A stretch of DNA of 59,832 nucleotides, counting the filler, from Jimgerdemannia flammicorona (taxonomy: Eukaryota), in NCBI GenBank assembly GCA_003990765.1. It is 3 parts of 3 records of this genome, joined end to end, with 100 filler letters (N's around TTAATTAATTAA, not from the genome) between each part and the next. Parts side by side here need not be neighbours in the genome. Positions count along the whole stretch, not along the records: positions 1 to 19,878 come from RBNJ01001816.1; 2 more parts are not named here. The stretch is one strand, 5' to 3'. Both the position numbers and the translations under genes were made by a program. Below, one piece after another: positions 1 to 12,714 of the stretch; position 1 is the stretch's first letter; each line of letters begins with the position of its first letter. The notes under the pieces are model-generated. The model saw only the letters and a list, made by a program, of their open reading frames with translations. It searched no databases and was not told the DNA's origin.

Positions 1-3000
1 TTTTTTTTTTATAGTTACTTGGACTCCAACATTTATTACCAGTCTATTAATAAGTTTATAGTATATTCTCCCACTATCTGATCTCTATAGGGGAGCCTCT
101 CTCCACCTCCTCCTGAACAAAGACCACCTTCTCACCCACTACTCCAACTCTTCCCCCACTCTGCCTACAGATTTTCTCTACCAATCAATGCCTCCGACCA
201 CCCTGTAACCCTCAATCAAGCCACCAGTCTATCAAGGTGTCTTCCATAAGGCTATGTCACTGCAGCAGCCAGACCCCCAAGCCCAGCCTCCTCCTATTCT
301 CAAAAACAAAAAGCCAGTGACCAGTCAGCCCCACCCATATGGCCAGAGCCCAGCCCAATATGAGCCATTCCTTTCCCACCCCCCCCCACCAGTCTATTCT
401 TCAAATTCTCCCACTGCCCCTACATACTACCTCCTCTGTATCCTATCTCCAAATAATCTCCAACAGTCTGCCAAAAGTTACTAAGTACCTCACACTCCCT
501 AAGCCAATGTTCAGGCATCTGCACAAATCCTCCTTCCATTTCTACATTATAGTATTCCTCACAGTCGAAACAACCTCTCTTGATAAGGTGACCTGAGCAG
601 TAGTTGAGCATTACATTTCTCCTCAGCATATGTCACCAAGTCACCCAGTACTTCAGTGGCAACTATCTTCTTACCTCAGCACTCCAGACCCAAATGTCAC
701 ACCAGACCCAATCTTTACTAATTCTAATACCTTACCAACCACTGGACCACAGATCCTGGCCTGGTCCTCTCTGGCATTCTATCCCATCACTAATATCGAA
801 CTTGAGTAAGAGAATGCTACTCAGCAGCACCCAGTCCCATCTCCACATTATTAGGTCCCAATCTACCTCTCCTTCATTTTCTTGTCAATAAATTCCAATG
901 TGGTATGCCCCCTCTGTCACCCCCACCAGAAGCCTTTATATCACAATTTTTCAGTATTCCTAAGTCCAACCAAGGATAGGAGATCTCCAGTCAAGCCTCG
1001 CAGTAAAGACCTCATCTTCCAGACCTTCTGCAGTAGAGGAACCCAATCTCTCCCTCTCAACTCTATAGCTCTCTTCAGCCACCATACTCTCAAGCAGTAT
1101 AACCTCTTTGAAAAGTCAACCAGTTTAAGTCCACCACTTGTCACTGGTAAGGACAAGATCTCCCAGCTGATCTGACTCCTTCTTCCAGCCCAGATCCATC
1201 CCTTGGCCAGCTTCATCAATCTCTTCACCACCCAGGCTGGGAAGTTCAGATGATAAGCCAGATATCACAACTTCAACAGCCAGTAGATATTCAAAATTGA
1301 GACATGCCCTGCCAGAGACAATTGACAGCCCCCCCAACTCTGCAGGACCTCTCCCCAGATTCCAATCTACTGCTTCCACTAAAGCCTGGGTAGAACTGAC
1401 TCATATACCAATAGATAGATATCCAAGTACTGCACTGCCTCACCAGTAGAGATGATCATTCCAATAACCTCTCCTTCTACCAGACCATTGCCTAATACCA
1501 TTATTTTACACTTATACTAATTAAGCTTCACCCCAGAGTTCTCCTCATACTACTCCACTGTCTTCTTAAGTTCCTCAACATCAGCAATCAATCCTAGTCT
1601 GACCACCATGTCATCTGCAAAGGCCCCTACTTTCCACCCAATACCAAAGATGGAGAGCCCCACTATCTTTTGCTGGATTCTATCTATTAAGGGTTCTAGT
1701 GAAAGGACATACAGAATGGAGAACAATGGGTCTCCCTGGGGCACCTCCCTACCCAGGAAAAATACTACCCCTCTATATCCATTACACATGAGTGCAGCCC
1801 TACTCCCTTCCAGTAGGCTGATTATAGCTGACTGGAACTGGCAGGGAACCCCAGTCCTGTCCAATACTTTTGCTAGCCAGACTCACCTCATCTGGTCATA
1901 AGCCTTCTCTTAGTCCAAAAAGACCAGGTGCCCATCTAATCCATAAGCTTGTGCCCCTTCAATAACTTCATATACCCAGGCTGTGCCATCCCTAATGAGC
2001 TGGCCTCCTACAAAGCCCCTCTGCTCAACACCTAAGACTTGCTGGGTCACCTTTTGTAGCCTCATGACCACCACCTTAGTAACCAACTTTCTGTCCATAT
2101 CTAGCAGCATAATTGGTCTCCAGTTCTTCCAGTTCTCTCTCCTTCCTTTGTTCTTATAAAGCAATGTCACCAACCCCAGATCCTGTTCTCTCACCCATTT
2201 CCCTATCTGTAGAATAAAGTTACACAGTACTATTATCTCTCCCAGTTCCCAATCATTTTCTTCAGAAGTCTCAGAGCAAACCATCCTCCCTGGGTACTGT
2301 ACCTAGTGATGTTGTGGCAAGAACCTGGTGGATCTCCTCTTCTTGTATGGGCAGTACCAAGTCTCCCACCCCATCTACTTATAGGGGGTGCCAATCCTCT
2401 AATGTTTGGCCAATGATATCAGTGTCCACCCCACCCTCCTCCTCACTCCACAAACCACTCCAATGCTCCTTTAAAGATCCAAGAATGTCATGTATACCAT
2501 GCACCAGTATACCATCAGAGTTAAACACCCCCTCCCACCTCTGCTGCACTCTTCTCACCTGAAGGGCTCTTATGAGATACTTTGAAAGTCTCTCTCCTTC
2601 TTCCAAACCCTGCCAATAAAGCTGTGCCTCCAAGCTTTGCACCTTTGTCTCTTTCTCCTCCTGCAATATTTGTTGTAGTTCACCAACCTTCTTTTTTGCC
2701 CTCATTGATCTCTAATTCTCCTCTCTCTCCAATGTCACCAACCTCACCCAATCCTCCAAGAGTCTAGCCAGTCTACTAGAAGTCCATCTCACCTATCTCC
2801 TCTGCTGTTTCCCAGTCTCCTTACCAGCCTCACTCCAGTAGATTCTAGCCATCTCTTTCATCTATATCCACCAAACACCAACTGGGGCACCTTCTCATCT
2901 CCAGCACTCTACCCTCAGTTGAATGTCTGCAGCCCACTCATCTCACCAGATCTTATTATCTAATAAGGAAGAATTGAGATGCCAATGTCCAGGCCCATCC

Positions 3001-4529
3001 CCACTCCCCCCAAATTGCTCCTGTTCTAAAAGCCCCCAATGATCTGACCAAGGACACTATTCTACCTCCAGTGTCTTCCAAACATCTAAGCCCCAGCAGC
3101 TGGTCATCAGAATCCAATCAATTCTTGTCTCCAAGCCCTCTGTCCAATGTGTATATATCCTCCTATCCCCCCAGCACTCCCTATCTGCATCCACCAGAGC
3201 ACTCAGCCTTTCCACTTCCTTCCATACTGCCAATCCACCACTCTGACCCTCAGCTCCCTGTCCTCCATCTGTTCTGTCCAACAGTACATCTCAGACCATA
3301 TTGTAGTCTCCACCCAGTATATCCACTCCAGTCTCTGTGAGAATTCCACTCTCCTGAAGGCCCTTCACCCAATCCACATACTCACCCTATACTGTGGGGC
3401 AGTAACAAAAGTCCACTGTGACCAGCTCCCATCCTGAATGTATCCACTCACCCCAGACCAATCTATCCCCTCAGCTCTGCATATCTCTTATCTCTCCTCT
3501 GCCTTTCCATATCAGAATCCCAACCTTGTCTTTCCAAACCACCTTACCTCCCCATTCCTTTATCCATTCCAGTCTATCTAAATCATATTCACACCTGACA
3601 TCCTGCAAGAGGAAGAGATCAGCCTCCAATCTCTTCAGCCAAGTAAAAATGTTCCTGCATTGATAAGCACCCCGTAACCCATTTATATTTAAAGAAAAAA
3701 TGTTAGTTGTACTATTTATAATGAAGTATGATGTGTTAATCTAGTCCATTTCTACTGCTCTATATTCATCTCTTCCTGTGCCATGTCCAGATTATGTTCT
3801 ACAGTCACTGCCTCCTCCTCAGTCTGCTGAGCCTCCAGTCCTGCCAACAGCTCATTTATCTCCCCATCTGCCTTCTCCTCAAACTCCTCTTAGTACTCCA
3901 GGCAGGCCTCCTGTCAGAGCTGTAATCTATATTACTTGGCCCAATAGTATTTGGCCCTCTCACTCACAACCTCTGCTAGCTCAGCCTCCTGCTCCTTATC
4001 TACTTCATACCCTTCCTCCTCCAGATATACTGTAAGAATCTCTGCCTTCAATGCCAACTCCACACCATCCCCCTGCAGGACTCATGCCCAATGCTCATTA
4101 CTTATTACTCTCAAGTCCACCTCTCCCAGCTCTTCAGCCGCCAGATTATTCATCATTCTGTATATCTAAAGTAGGTTTCCTACCTCCTTCCCTCCTGGGG
4201 TTGCTGGTCTCCTACCATCCAATATTATGGTATTAGCCCTAATACTTGCAGCCTCATCCCACACCTCTGGGACATCCACCAGTTCCTCCTCTCCAACTGC
4301 CTCTATCTATCCCCCATTCACTACCTCTGAAACTCCAAATTGCACTCACTGAGCTCCCTTCATAGGTACATCCTCCCCCACCCTGCTTTAGAAAGCCGAA
4401 CCTCTCCTGATAAGCAAAGTAGAGATAGGCAATCCCTCCCATTCTTCTTCCCAGACCTCAAACATACCATCAGCATATGGGTTACTACCAACTGTCTTCC
4501 TGTCCTCTCCTGATCCTTTCTCCACACTC
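1..4529 (-). mobile_element. 5'-truncated, degenerate L1/Tx1-like LINE (copy 1): end of ORF1 plus ORF2 (APE endonuclease, RT, C-terminal Cys/His knuckle), with poly(A) tail
   Basis: Poly(T) at 1-10. Minus-strand ORF fragments carry RT motifs (WKNWRPIMLLDMDRKL, VPQGDPLFS, GAFADDM), APE motifs (RIDWIL, WSDH) and CFDC...HWLREC. Colinear with 5979-10497. Many in-frame stops and almost no CpG. Confidence 0.92.
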
Positions 4530-5956
4530 TTTTTTTTTTTTTTTTTTTTTTTTTTCTATAGGCTGTAGCCTCATTTATTAACTATCTATAATATACCACA
4601 TATCCTCATACAACATCAGTGGCCTCATTCCACCCTAATCTCAACCCATCTTCACACTCACCCAGTCTTACATCTTTAGAGTATAAGTTGCAACCTCACT
4701 GCTCAAGTAACTAGATCCTTCTACCTAGTCTGCCCCACCCAGTGGATATGGGTTGTAAGCCCCAATCACCTCAAGTATTTGGCATCTAGTATACCTGACC
4801 TACCTCTATTAGTACCTTTTGTCTTTTTCTATCTAGCCTGTCTTGCCTGTCTTGCCTATTTTGCCTATCTGTGTTGTCTGTATTACCATCTTACCATCTT
4901 GCCCATCTTGCCCATCTTGCCTATCTTACCTGCCTATGTTGCCCATATTGCCCATATTGCCTATTTTGCTTGTTTTGCCCATATTGCTCATATCACCTAT
5001 CTTGCTATCTGTCTTACCCATATTACTTATCTTGCTATCTTACCCATCTTGCCCATTTTGCCCATCTTTCCTACCCATGTTGTCTGTGTTACCTGTGTTG
5101 CCTATGTTACCTGTGTTGCCCATATTGCTTACTCATGTTGCCTGTATTGCCCATGTTGCCTGTTTTGCCTATTTTACCTGTTTTGTCTATCTTATCTATG
5201 TTGCCTATCTTGCCATCTGCCCATCTTGCCCATGTCACTCATCTTGCCATCTTGCTATCTTACCCATCTTACCTATCTTGCCTATCTTGCCTGTCTTGTC
5301 CATCTTGTCCATCTTGCTCATATCACCCATCTTATCATCTTGCCATCTTACCCATGTTGTCTATATTGCCTGTATTGTCTATATTACCCATGTTGCCTGT
5401 GTTGTCCATATTACCCATATTACCTGCCCATGTTGCCCATATTGCCCATGTTGTCTGTTTTGCCCATTTTGCCTATTTTTCCTATCTTGCTTATGTCGCC
5501 TATCTTGCTATCTGCCCATCTTACCTATATTACCCATCTTACTATCTTACCATCTTGCCCATCTTGCCTGTCTTATCTGTCTTGCCTGTCTTACCTGTCT
5601 TGCCTGTCTTGCCCATATTGCCTGTCTTGTTGTCTTGCTATCTTGTCCATCTTGCCTGTCTTGCCTGTCTTGCCCATATTGCCTATCTTGTTGTCTTGCT
5701 GTCTTGCCCATCTTACCTATCTTGCTCATCTTACCCATCTTGCCCATCTTATCTGTCCATGTTGCTCATAATGCCCATGTTTTCTGTATTGCCTGTGTTG
5801 CCCATATTGCCTGTATTGCCTGTTTTACCCATCTTGCCCATCTTGCCTGTCTTATCTGTCTTGCCCATCTTGCTTAACCGTATTGCCCATGTTGTCCATG
5901 TTGACTCAGAAGGTTGCCTACCAAACCATTGTGACCAGTAAGGTAGCAGAGAAAGG
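4530..5956 (-). mobile_element. Non-autonomous poly(A) retroposon: 54-nt head, 9-bp minisatellite, ~250-bp unique tail, poly(A)
   Basis: Poly(T) 4530-4555. Segment ~4575-4830 matches 19340-19590. The 9-mer array spans ~4830-5900. Head 5903-5956 matches 55917-55969. Confidence 0.7.
4830..5902. repeat. Degenerate 9-bp minisatellite (TTGCCCATC / TTGCCTGTC / TTGCCCATG variants)
   Basis: Directly visible tandem units; they generate the spurious LPILPV / SCPSCL ORFs in all three plus frames. Confidence 0.95.
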
Positions 5957-5978
5957 GTACTGGTCAGATAGATGTCTC

Positions 5979-8900
5979 TTTTTTTTTTTTTTTTTTTTTT
6001 TTTAAAGTCACTTGGACTCCAATATTTATTATCAGTCTATTAATAAGTTTACAGTATTTCCTCCCACTATCCGATCCCCATAGGGGAGCCTCTCTCCATC
6101 CCCTCCCAAACAAAGACCACCTTCTCACCAACTACTCCAACCCTTCTCCCACTCTGCCTACAGATTTTCTCCACCAATCAATGTCTCTGACCACCCTGTA
6201 ACCCCCAACCAAGCCACCAGCCCATCAAGGTGTCTTCCATAAGGCTATGCCACCACAGCAGCCCGACCCCCAAGCCCAGCCTCCAATGGCTGGCCAGCCC
6301 AACCCATATGGCTAGAGCCCAGCCCAGCATGAGCTATTCCTTTCCAACCCCCCCCATCAGAATCCTCCCACTGTCCCCTCATACCACCTCTCTGGCCTCC
6401 TACCCCCAGATGATCCCCAACAGTCTGCCAAAAGTCACTAAGTATCTCATACTATCCTAGCCAATGTTCAGGCATCTGCACATATCCTCCTTCCATTCCC
6501 ACATTATAGCACTCCTCACAGTCGAAACAACCTCCCTCGATAAGATGACCTGAGTGATAGTTGAGCATTACATTCCTCCTCAGCATGCACTACTAAGTCA
6601 CCCAGTACTTCAGCAGCATCCATCTCCTCACCTCCACACTCCAGGCCCAAATTCTATGTCAGGCCCAATCTTTACCAATTCCAACACCTTGCCAACCACT
6701 GGGCCACAGATCCTGGCCTGGTCACCTCTGACATTCTATCCTATCACTAATGTTGAACTCAAGTAAGGGAACACCACCCAGTAGCACCTGGTCCCATCTC
6801 CACATTACCAGGTCCCAATCTACCTCTCCTTCATTTCCTTGCCAACAAATTCCAATATGGTGCACCCCTTCTGCCACCCCCCACTAGAAGCCTTTATATT
6901 ACAATTGTTCAGTATTCCTAAGACCAACCAAGGATAGGAGATCTCCAGTTGAGCCTCACAGTGAGGTCCTTATCTCCCAGACCTTCTGCAGTAGGGGAAC
7001 CCAATCTCCCCCTCTCAGCTCTATAGCTCTCTTCAGCCACCATGCTCTCAAGCAGTGTAGCCTCTTTGGAAAGTCAACCAGCCCAAGTCCACCATTTGCC
7101 ACTGGTAAGGACAAGACCTCCCAGCTGATCTGACTCCTTCTTCTAGCCCAGATCTATCCCTTGGCCAGCTTCATCAATCTCTTCACCACTCAGGCTGGGA
7201 AGTCCAGATGATAAGCCAGATATCACAACTTTGGCAACCAGTATACATTCTAGAACAAGACATGCCCTGCCAGGGACAATTGATGGCCCCCCCAACTCTG
7301 CAGGGCCTCCCCCCAGATTCCAACCTGCTGCTCCTATCAAAGCCTGGGTAGAACTGACCCATATACCAATAGAATACCCAAGTACTGCACTGCCTCACCA
7401 GCAGGGATGATCATTCCAATAACCTCCCCTCCCACCAGACTGTTGCCTAACACCTTTGTTTCACACTTATGCCAGTTGAGCTTCACCCCAGAGTTCTCCT
7501 CATACCACTCCACTGTCTCCTTGAGCTCCTCAACATCAGCAATCGATCCCAGTCTGACCACCATATCATCCACAAAGGTCCCTACTTTCCACCCAATGCT
7601 AAAGATGGAGAGCCCCACTATCTTCCACCTGATTCTATCCATTAAGGGTTCCAGTGACAGGGCATATAGAATCGGGGACAATGGGTTCCCCTGGGGCACC
7701 CCCCTACCCAGGAGAAATGCTACCCCTCTATGTCCATTACACATGAGTACAGCCCTACTCCCTTCTAGTAGGCTGATCATCACTGACCAGAACTGGCATG
7801 GAACCCCAGTCCTGTCCAATACTTTCACCAGCCAGACTCACTGCACCCAGTCATAAGCCTTCTCTTGGTCCAAAAAGACCAGGTGCCCATCCAATCCACA
7901 AGCTCATGCCCCTTCAATAACTCCATGTATCCAGGTGATGCCATCCCTAATGAGCTGGCTGCCTACAAAGCCCCTCTGCTCTACACCCAAGACTTGTTGG
8001 GCCACTTTCTGTAGCCTTGTGACCACTACCTTAGTAACCAACTTTCTGTCTATATCCAGTAGCATAATTAGTCTCCAATTCTTCCAATCCTCTTGCCTTC
8101 CTTTATTCTTGTAAAGTAATGTCACCAACCCCAGATCCTGTTCTCCCACCCATTTCCCTGTCCGTAGAATGAAATCACACAGTGCCATCATCTCACCCAG
8201 TACTCCTGGGATCCCAACCATCTTCTTCCAGAAGTCCCAGGGCAAACCATCCTCCCCAGGTGCCATACCCAGCAATGTCATGGCAAGAACCTAGTGGATT
8301 TCCTCTTCTTGTATGGACAGTACTAAGTCTCCCACCCCATCTACTTGCAGGGGGTGCCAATCTTCTAATGTATGGCCAATAGCATCTGCATCCACCCCAC
8401 CCTCCTCCTCACTCCACAAACCACTTCAATGTTTCTTTAAAGATCTAAGAATATCATATATACTATGCACCAGTATACCATCTGAGTCGAGCACCCCCTC
8501 TCACCTCTGCTGCACCCTCCTTGCCTAAAGGGCTCTCATGAGATACTTTGAGGATCTCTCTCCTTCTTCCAGACCCTGCCAATGGAGCCATGCCACCAAG
8601 CTTTGCACCTTTGCCTCTTCCTCCTCCTGCAATATCTGTTGTAGTTTGCCAACCTACTTTTTCACCCTCATAGATCTCCAATCCTCCTCCTCCTCCAATG
8701 TCACCAGCCTTGCCCAATCCTCCAAAAGTCTAGACAGTCTACTAGAAGCCCATCTCACTTGTCACCTCCTCTGTTTCCCAGCCTCCTTGTCAGCCTCACT
8801 CTAGTAGGTCCTGGCCATCTCTTTCATCTGTAACCACCAAACACCAACTGGGGCACCTTCTCATCTCCAGCACTCTACCCTCAGTTGAATGTCTGCAGCC

Positions 8901-11790
8901 CACTCATCTCACCAGATCTTATTATCTAATAAGGAGGAATTGAGGCACCAATGTCCAGGCCCATCCCCACTCCCCCCAAATTGCCCCTATCCTAAAAGCC
9001 CCCAATTTTCCGACCAAGGACACCATTCTACCTCCAGTGACTTCCAAACATCCAAGCCCCAGCAGCTGGCCATCAGGATCCAATCAATCCTCATCCCCAA
9101 GCCCCCTGCCCAATGCATGTATATTCTCCTATCCCCCCAGCACCCCCTGCCTGTATCCACCAGAGCACTCAGCCTTTCCACTTCCTCCCATACTGTCAGT
9201 CCTCCACTCTGACCCTCAGCACCCCATCCTTCATCTGTTCTGTCTAACAATACATCTTGGACCATATTGTAGTCTCCACCCAGCATATCCACCTCAGCTT
9301 CTGCAAGGATCCCACTCTCCTGAAGGCCCTTCACCCAATCCACATGCTCACCCCATACTGTGGGGCAGTAACAAGAGCCCATTGTAACCAGCTCCCAACC
9401 TGAATGTATCCACTCACCCCAGACCAATCTATCCCCCCAGCTCTACATGTCCCTTATCTCTCCTCTGTCTTTCTGTACCAGAATCCCAATCTTGCCTTTC
9501 CAAACTGCCTCCCACCCCTATTCCTTTGTCCATTCTAGTCTATCCAAATCATCATCACACCTGACATCCTGCAAGAGGAAGAGATCAGCCTCCAATCTCT
9601 TCAGCTAAGTAAAAATATTCCTGCATCTATCAGCCTCCCGTAACCTGTTCATATTCAAAGAAAAAATGTTGGTTATACTATTCATAATGAAGTATGGTGT
9701 GTTAATCCAGTCCAATCCTACTGCTCCACATCCATCTCTTCCTGCACCATGTCCAGATTATGTTCTGCCATCACTGCCTCCTCCTCAGCCTGCTGGGCCT
9801 CCAGTCCTGCCAACAGCTCATTCATCTCCCCAACTGCCTTCTTCTCAAACTCCTCTTGGTACTCCAGGCAGGCCTCCTGCCAGAGCTGCAATCTATGACA
9901 CTTGGCTCAACAGTATTTGGCCCTCTCACCAGCAACCCCTGCTAGCTCAACCTCCCACTCCTTATCCACTTCATACCCTTCCTCCTCCAGATACACTACA
10001 AGGATCTCCACCTTCAATGCCAACTCCACCCCATCCCCCTGCAGGACCCGCACCCAATGCTCATTGCTCATTACTCTCAAGTCCACCTCCCCCAGCTCTT
10101 CAGCCACCAGATTATTCATCATTCTATACATCCAAAGTAGGTTTCCTACCTCCTTCCCTCCTGGGGTTACCAGTCTCCCACCATCCAACATTGTGGTATC
10201 AGTCCCAGCACTTGCCACCTCATCCCACACCTCTGGGATATCCACCAGTTCCTCCTTACCAACTGCCTCCATCTGTCCCCCATTCACCACTTCTGGAACT
10301 CCAAATTGTACTTGCTGGGCCCCCTTCATAGGCACATCCTCCCCCACCCTGCTCCAGGAAGCCAGACCTCTCCTGATAAGTGGAGTAGGAGTAGGCGATC
10401 CCTCTCAGTCCTCTTCCCAGACCTCGAGCATACCATCAGTATACAGGTTGCTGCCAGCTGCCTTCCTGCCATCTTCTGATCCTTTCCCCACACTCCTACT
10501 ATCTTCACCAGCCCAGACACTTGCTTTGGCACCCCCCATTTCCACCATTCCACCTGCCTCCTTTTGTAGTCAACTAGTCAACTTTCCATCTTGGCCAGTA
10601 GCTCCTTCTGATACTTATGTCCCTGAGCTTTTCCGATTGCACCTTGTCCACTCTAATCTACTTCCCATCTATCACCTCCAAGTGAGTTGACTCCTTGAAA
10701 GCCTTCCAAGCCTTTGCCCACCACTCTGCTGCTCCCTCAGTTCATCTAGTACCTCCAGCAAGTCCTCTTCCTCCTCCTCACTCCCCTTCACCCTCATCAC
10801 CTTGCATAAGATCACCCCCCAGACCATCTCCAAAGGCCAGTCCCTTGCCTTCCCAGTAGCTTCTTTCTCTGCTAGCCAAATCCTCACATTCACATCTCCC
10901 ATCCTGAGCAAGGTCCCCTCCCAGACTCTGAACCTGATATCCACCACCTCTCTATACTCTGCCATGACCTCCTCGACTCTCCTTCTTATCTCCAATGCTA
11001 TCACCATGGGCACTCCTTTCACCAGCAGTTGGACCACCCTGGGGTCCCATTTCAGGCAGCATGTCAGAACACACATCTCCCCAACTATCAATCCAACCTT
11101 CAGTGCTTCCTCCAGGGGCTCAGCCTCCTTAAAACTCACCTCCACTCCCTCCAATCTCTTCAGGAACTTTACAGATGCTGCTCTAGTCACCTGCTTTGTG
11201 ATAAGCCCCAGCATCATTTTCGCCATCACTACCAGGCCCTAGAAGCACAATGTAACTGCAAATGCCAAAATTGATTTCTTGAGTAACAGTGCCACCACCA
11301 GACCCATTACACCATCCACCAAATTGCCTTGTCTTCTAAGCCTCAGTCACTCAGCCACCCCATCAGCAGTCACATCTGGATTTTTTTCCAGATTGGCAGT
11401 CCCATCACCATCAGCCATCACATTCCCCCCAGCTGCTACTCCCCCAGCTCCACTGCCCTCACCACTAAGGGCTACTCCCCCACAAATGGCTGGCTTCTCC
11501 ATCTCCTTGCCTTTCCTCAGCCAACCCTCCAGCCCAGTCACCTGTTGCCTCCCCTTCACTGTCTCCATAAAGCTCGCCCTCCCAGACCCCTGTCCTCCAC
11601 TGCTGCCACCTCCCCCTCCTTGTCCTCCTGCCAACAACCCCCTCATGCCTCCCCCTAGACCAGGACCTCTCCCCACCTGCTGCCAGTTGAATGTGCTAGG
11701 GCCACCCTGCCCAGTACATACCCCAGATTGCTTGCTGTTTGCCATTGCCTTAGTACCTTTCTCCAATAAACAACTTGAAAGTGTATTGTA
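5979..11790 (-). mobile_element. Near full-length degenerate L1/Tx1-like LINE (copy 2): ORF1 ~11745-9718, ORF2 ~9685-6040
   Basis: Poly(T) 5979-6003. ORF2 begins IFSLNMN...DLFLLQD and contains GGDYN, RIDWIL, APGEDGLPWDFW, GVPQGNPLSP and TFVDDM. ORF1 starts MANSKQ with a Gly-rich N-terminus and an RRM-like segment. Interrupted by stops and frameshifts. Confidence 0.93.
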
Positions 11791-11799
11791 AAGTATGTA

Positions 11800-12714
11800 T
11801 AATATGAGTGGTAGCTGAGAAAGGGGAGCTTGTCTAAGATTCATCTTCATCCCCATGATGGATTCTTGAGCCTTGGGGTGGGTTTCATTTCCTGCATACT
11901 TTTTGATGAGCCAGTAGACCATGGCCATATATTCTAGCTCATAAGACATTGCTGCTTACATCTGTCTCACTAGTTCTGAATCTGGGTTATCTGCTGTTTA
12001 GTGGAAAATTCCTCTGGCTGGTTCTCTGAGCTGGGCCTTGTAGATGGCAATTTTTCTTTCATCTGAGAGATTTCTCAGGGTTGTGATTTCTTCAATTCCA
12101 TCAAGAAATTCTCTGGGGTCTTCCTCTGGATATCCTGCAAAGGTTGGCAATGAGTTGGCCATTTTGTCATCACTTTCTTCTGATTCTGGTTCAGGTCCGG
12201 ATTCTGATTCTGATTCACTTTCTGAGCTGTCACTGGAGATGGGAGTGCTTGGGTATTCTGAGGATGATATTCTGGGCCTTATATAAAGTGAAATGAGCCT
12301 AGGTATTCTTGTAGAAGCTACTTTCAATTCCATAAGAGGTTGTAGTAAGAGTTCTATTGATGAGATTAATGGGACTAGTATGAGGTGTCTGGCTATATGA
12401 TCTCAGGCTTGTGTGATAAGATCTTCTAGTTCTTGTGCAAGTTCTTCAAAATCTCCAACAGGGCCACCTGTATTGTCTGGTTGATCTGGTTGGGGATTTC
12501 AGGCTATACTGCCTTCTGGTTCTGATTGGGATCCTTCTGATACTGAGTAGTTATCAAGTCTTGATGTGATTACTTCTCTCTCTGTCTAGATGCTAGTGAT
12601 AACTGGTTCTCCTGTCAGAGATTGGTGTTGTATCAAATGTATCCAGTTTGACTGTGGGTTTTTATGAGCTGAAAAGTCATGTCAATTTGAAATCTTCCCA
12701 GTTGAGCCCCCAAA
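11800..12714 (-). pseudogene. Ty3/Gypsy leader and gag fragment (family A)
   Basis: ORF 11998-12333 contains LPTFAGYPEEDPREFLDGIEE...KIAIYKAQLREPAR, typical of a retrotransposon gag capsid N-terminus. It lies directly downstream of the LTR and PBS on the minus strand. Confidence 0.75.
12694..12712 (-). promoter_or_regulatory. Primer-binding site, probably tRNA-Pro
   Basis: Minus strand reads TGGGGGCTCAACTGGGAAG, 2 nt after the LTR end; resembles the tRNA-Pro PBS TGGGGGCTCGTCCGGGAT. Confidence 0.6.

Noticed and set aside
4779..5941. Three overlapping 330-356 aa plus-strand ORFs and collagen-like G-X-Y reads on the minus strand
   Set aside because: By-products of a 9-bp repeat; frequent non-triplet indels shift frames.
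9666..11791. Long Pro/Ser-rich plus-strand ORFs
   Set aside because: Antisense shadows of the purine-rich LINE ORF1.
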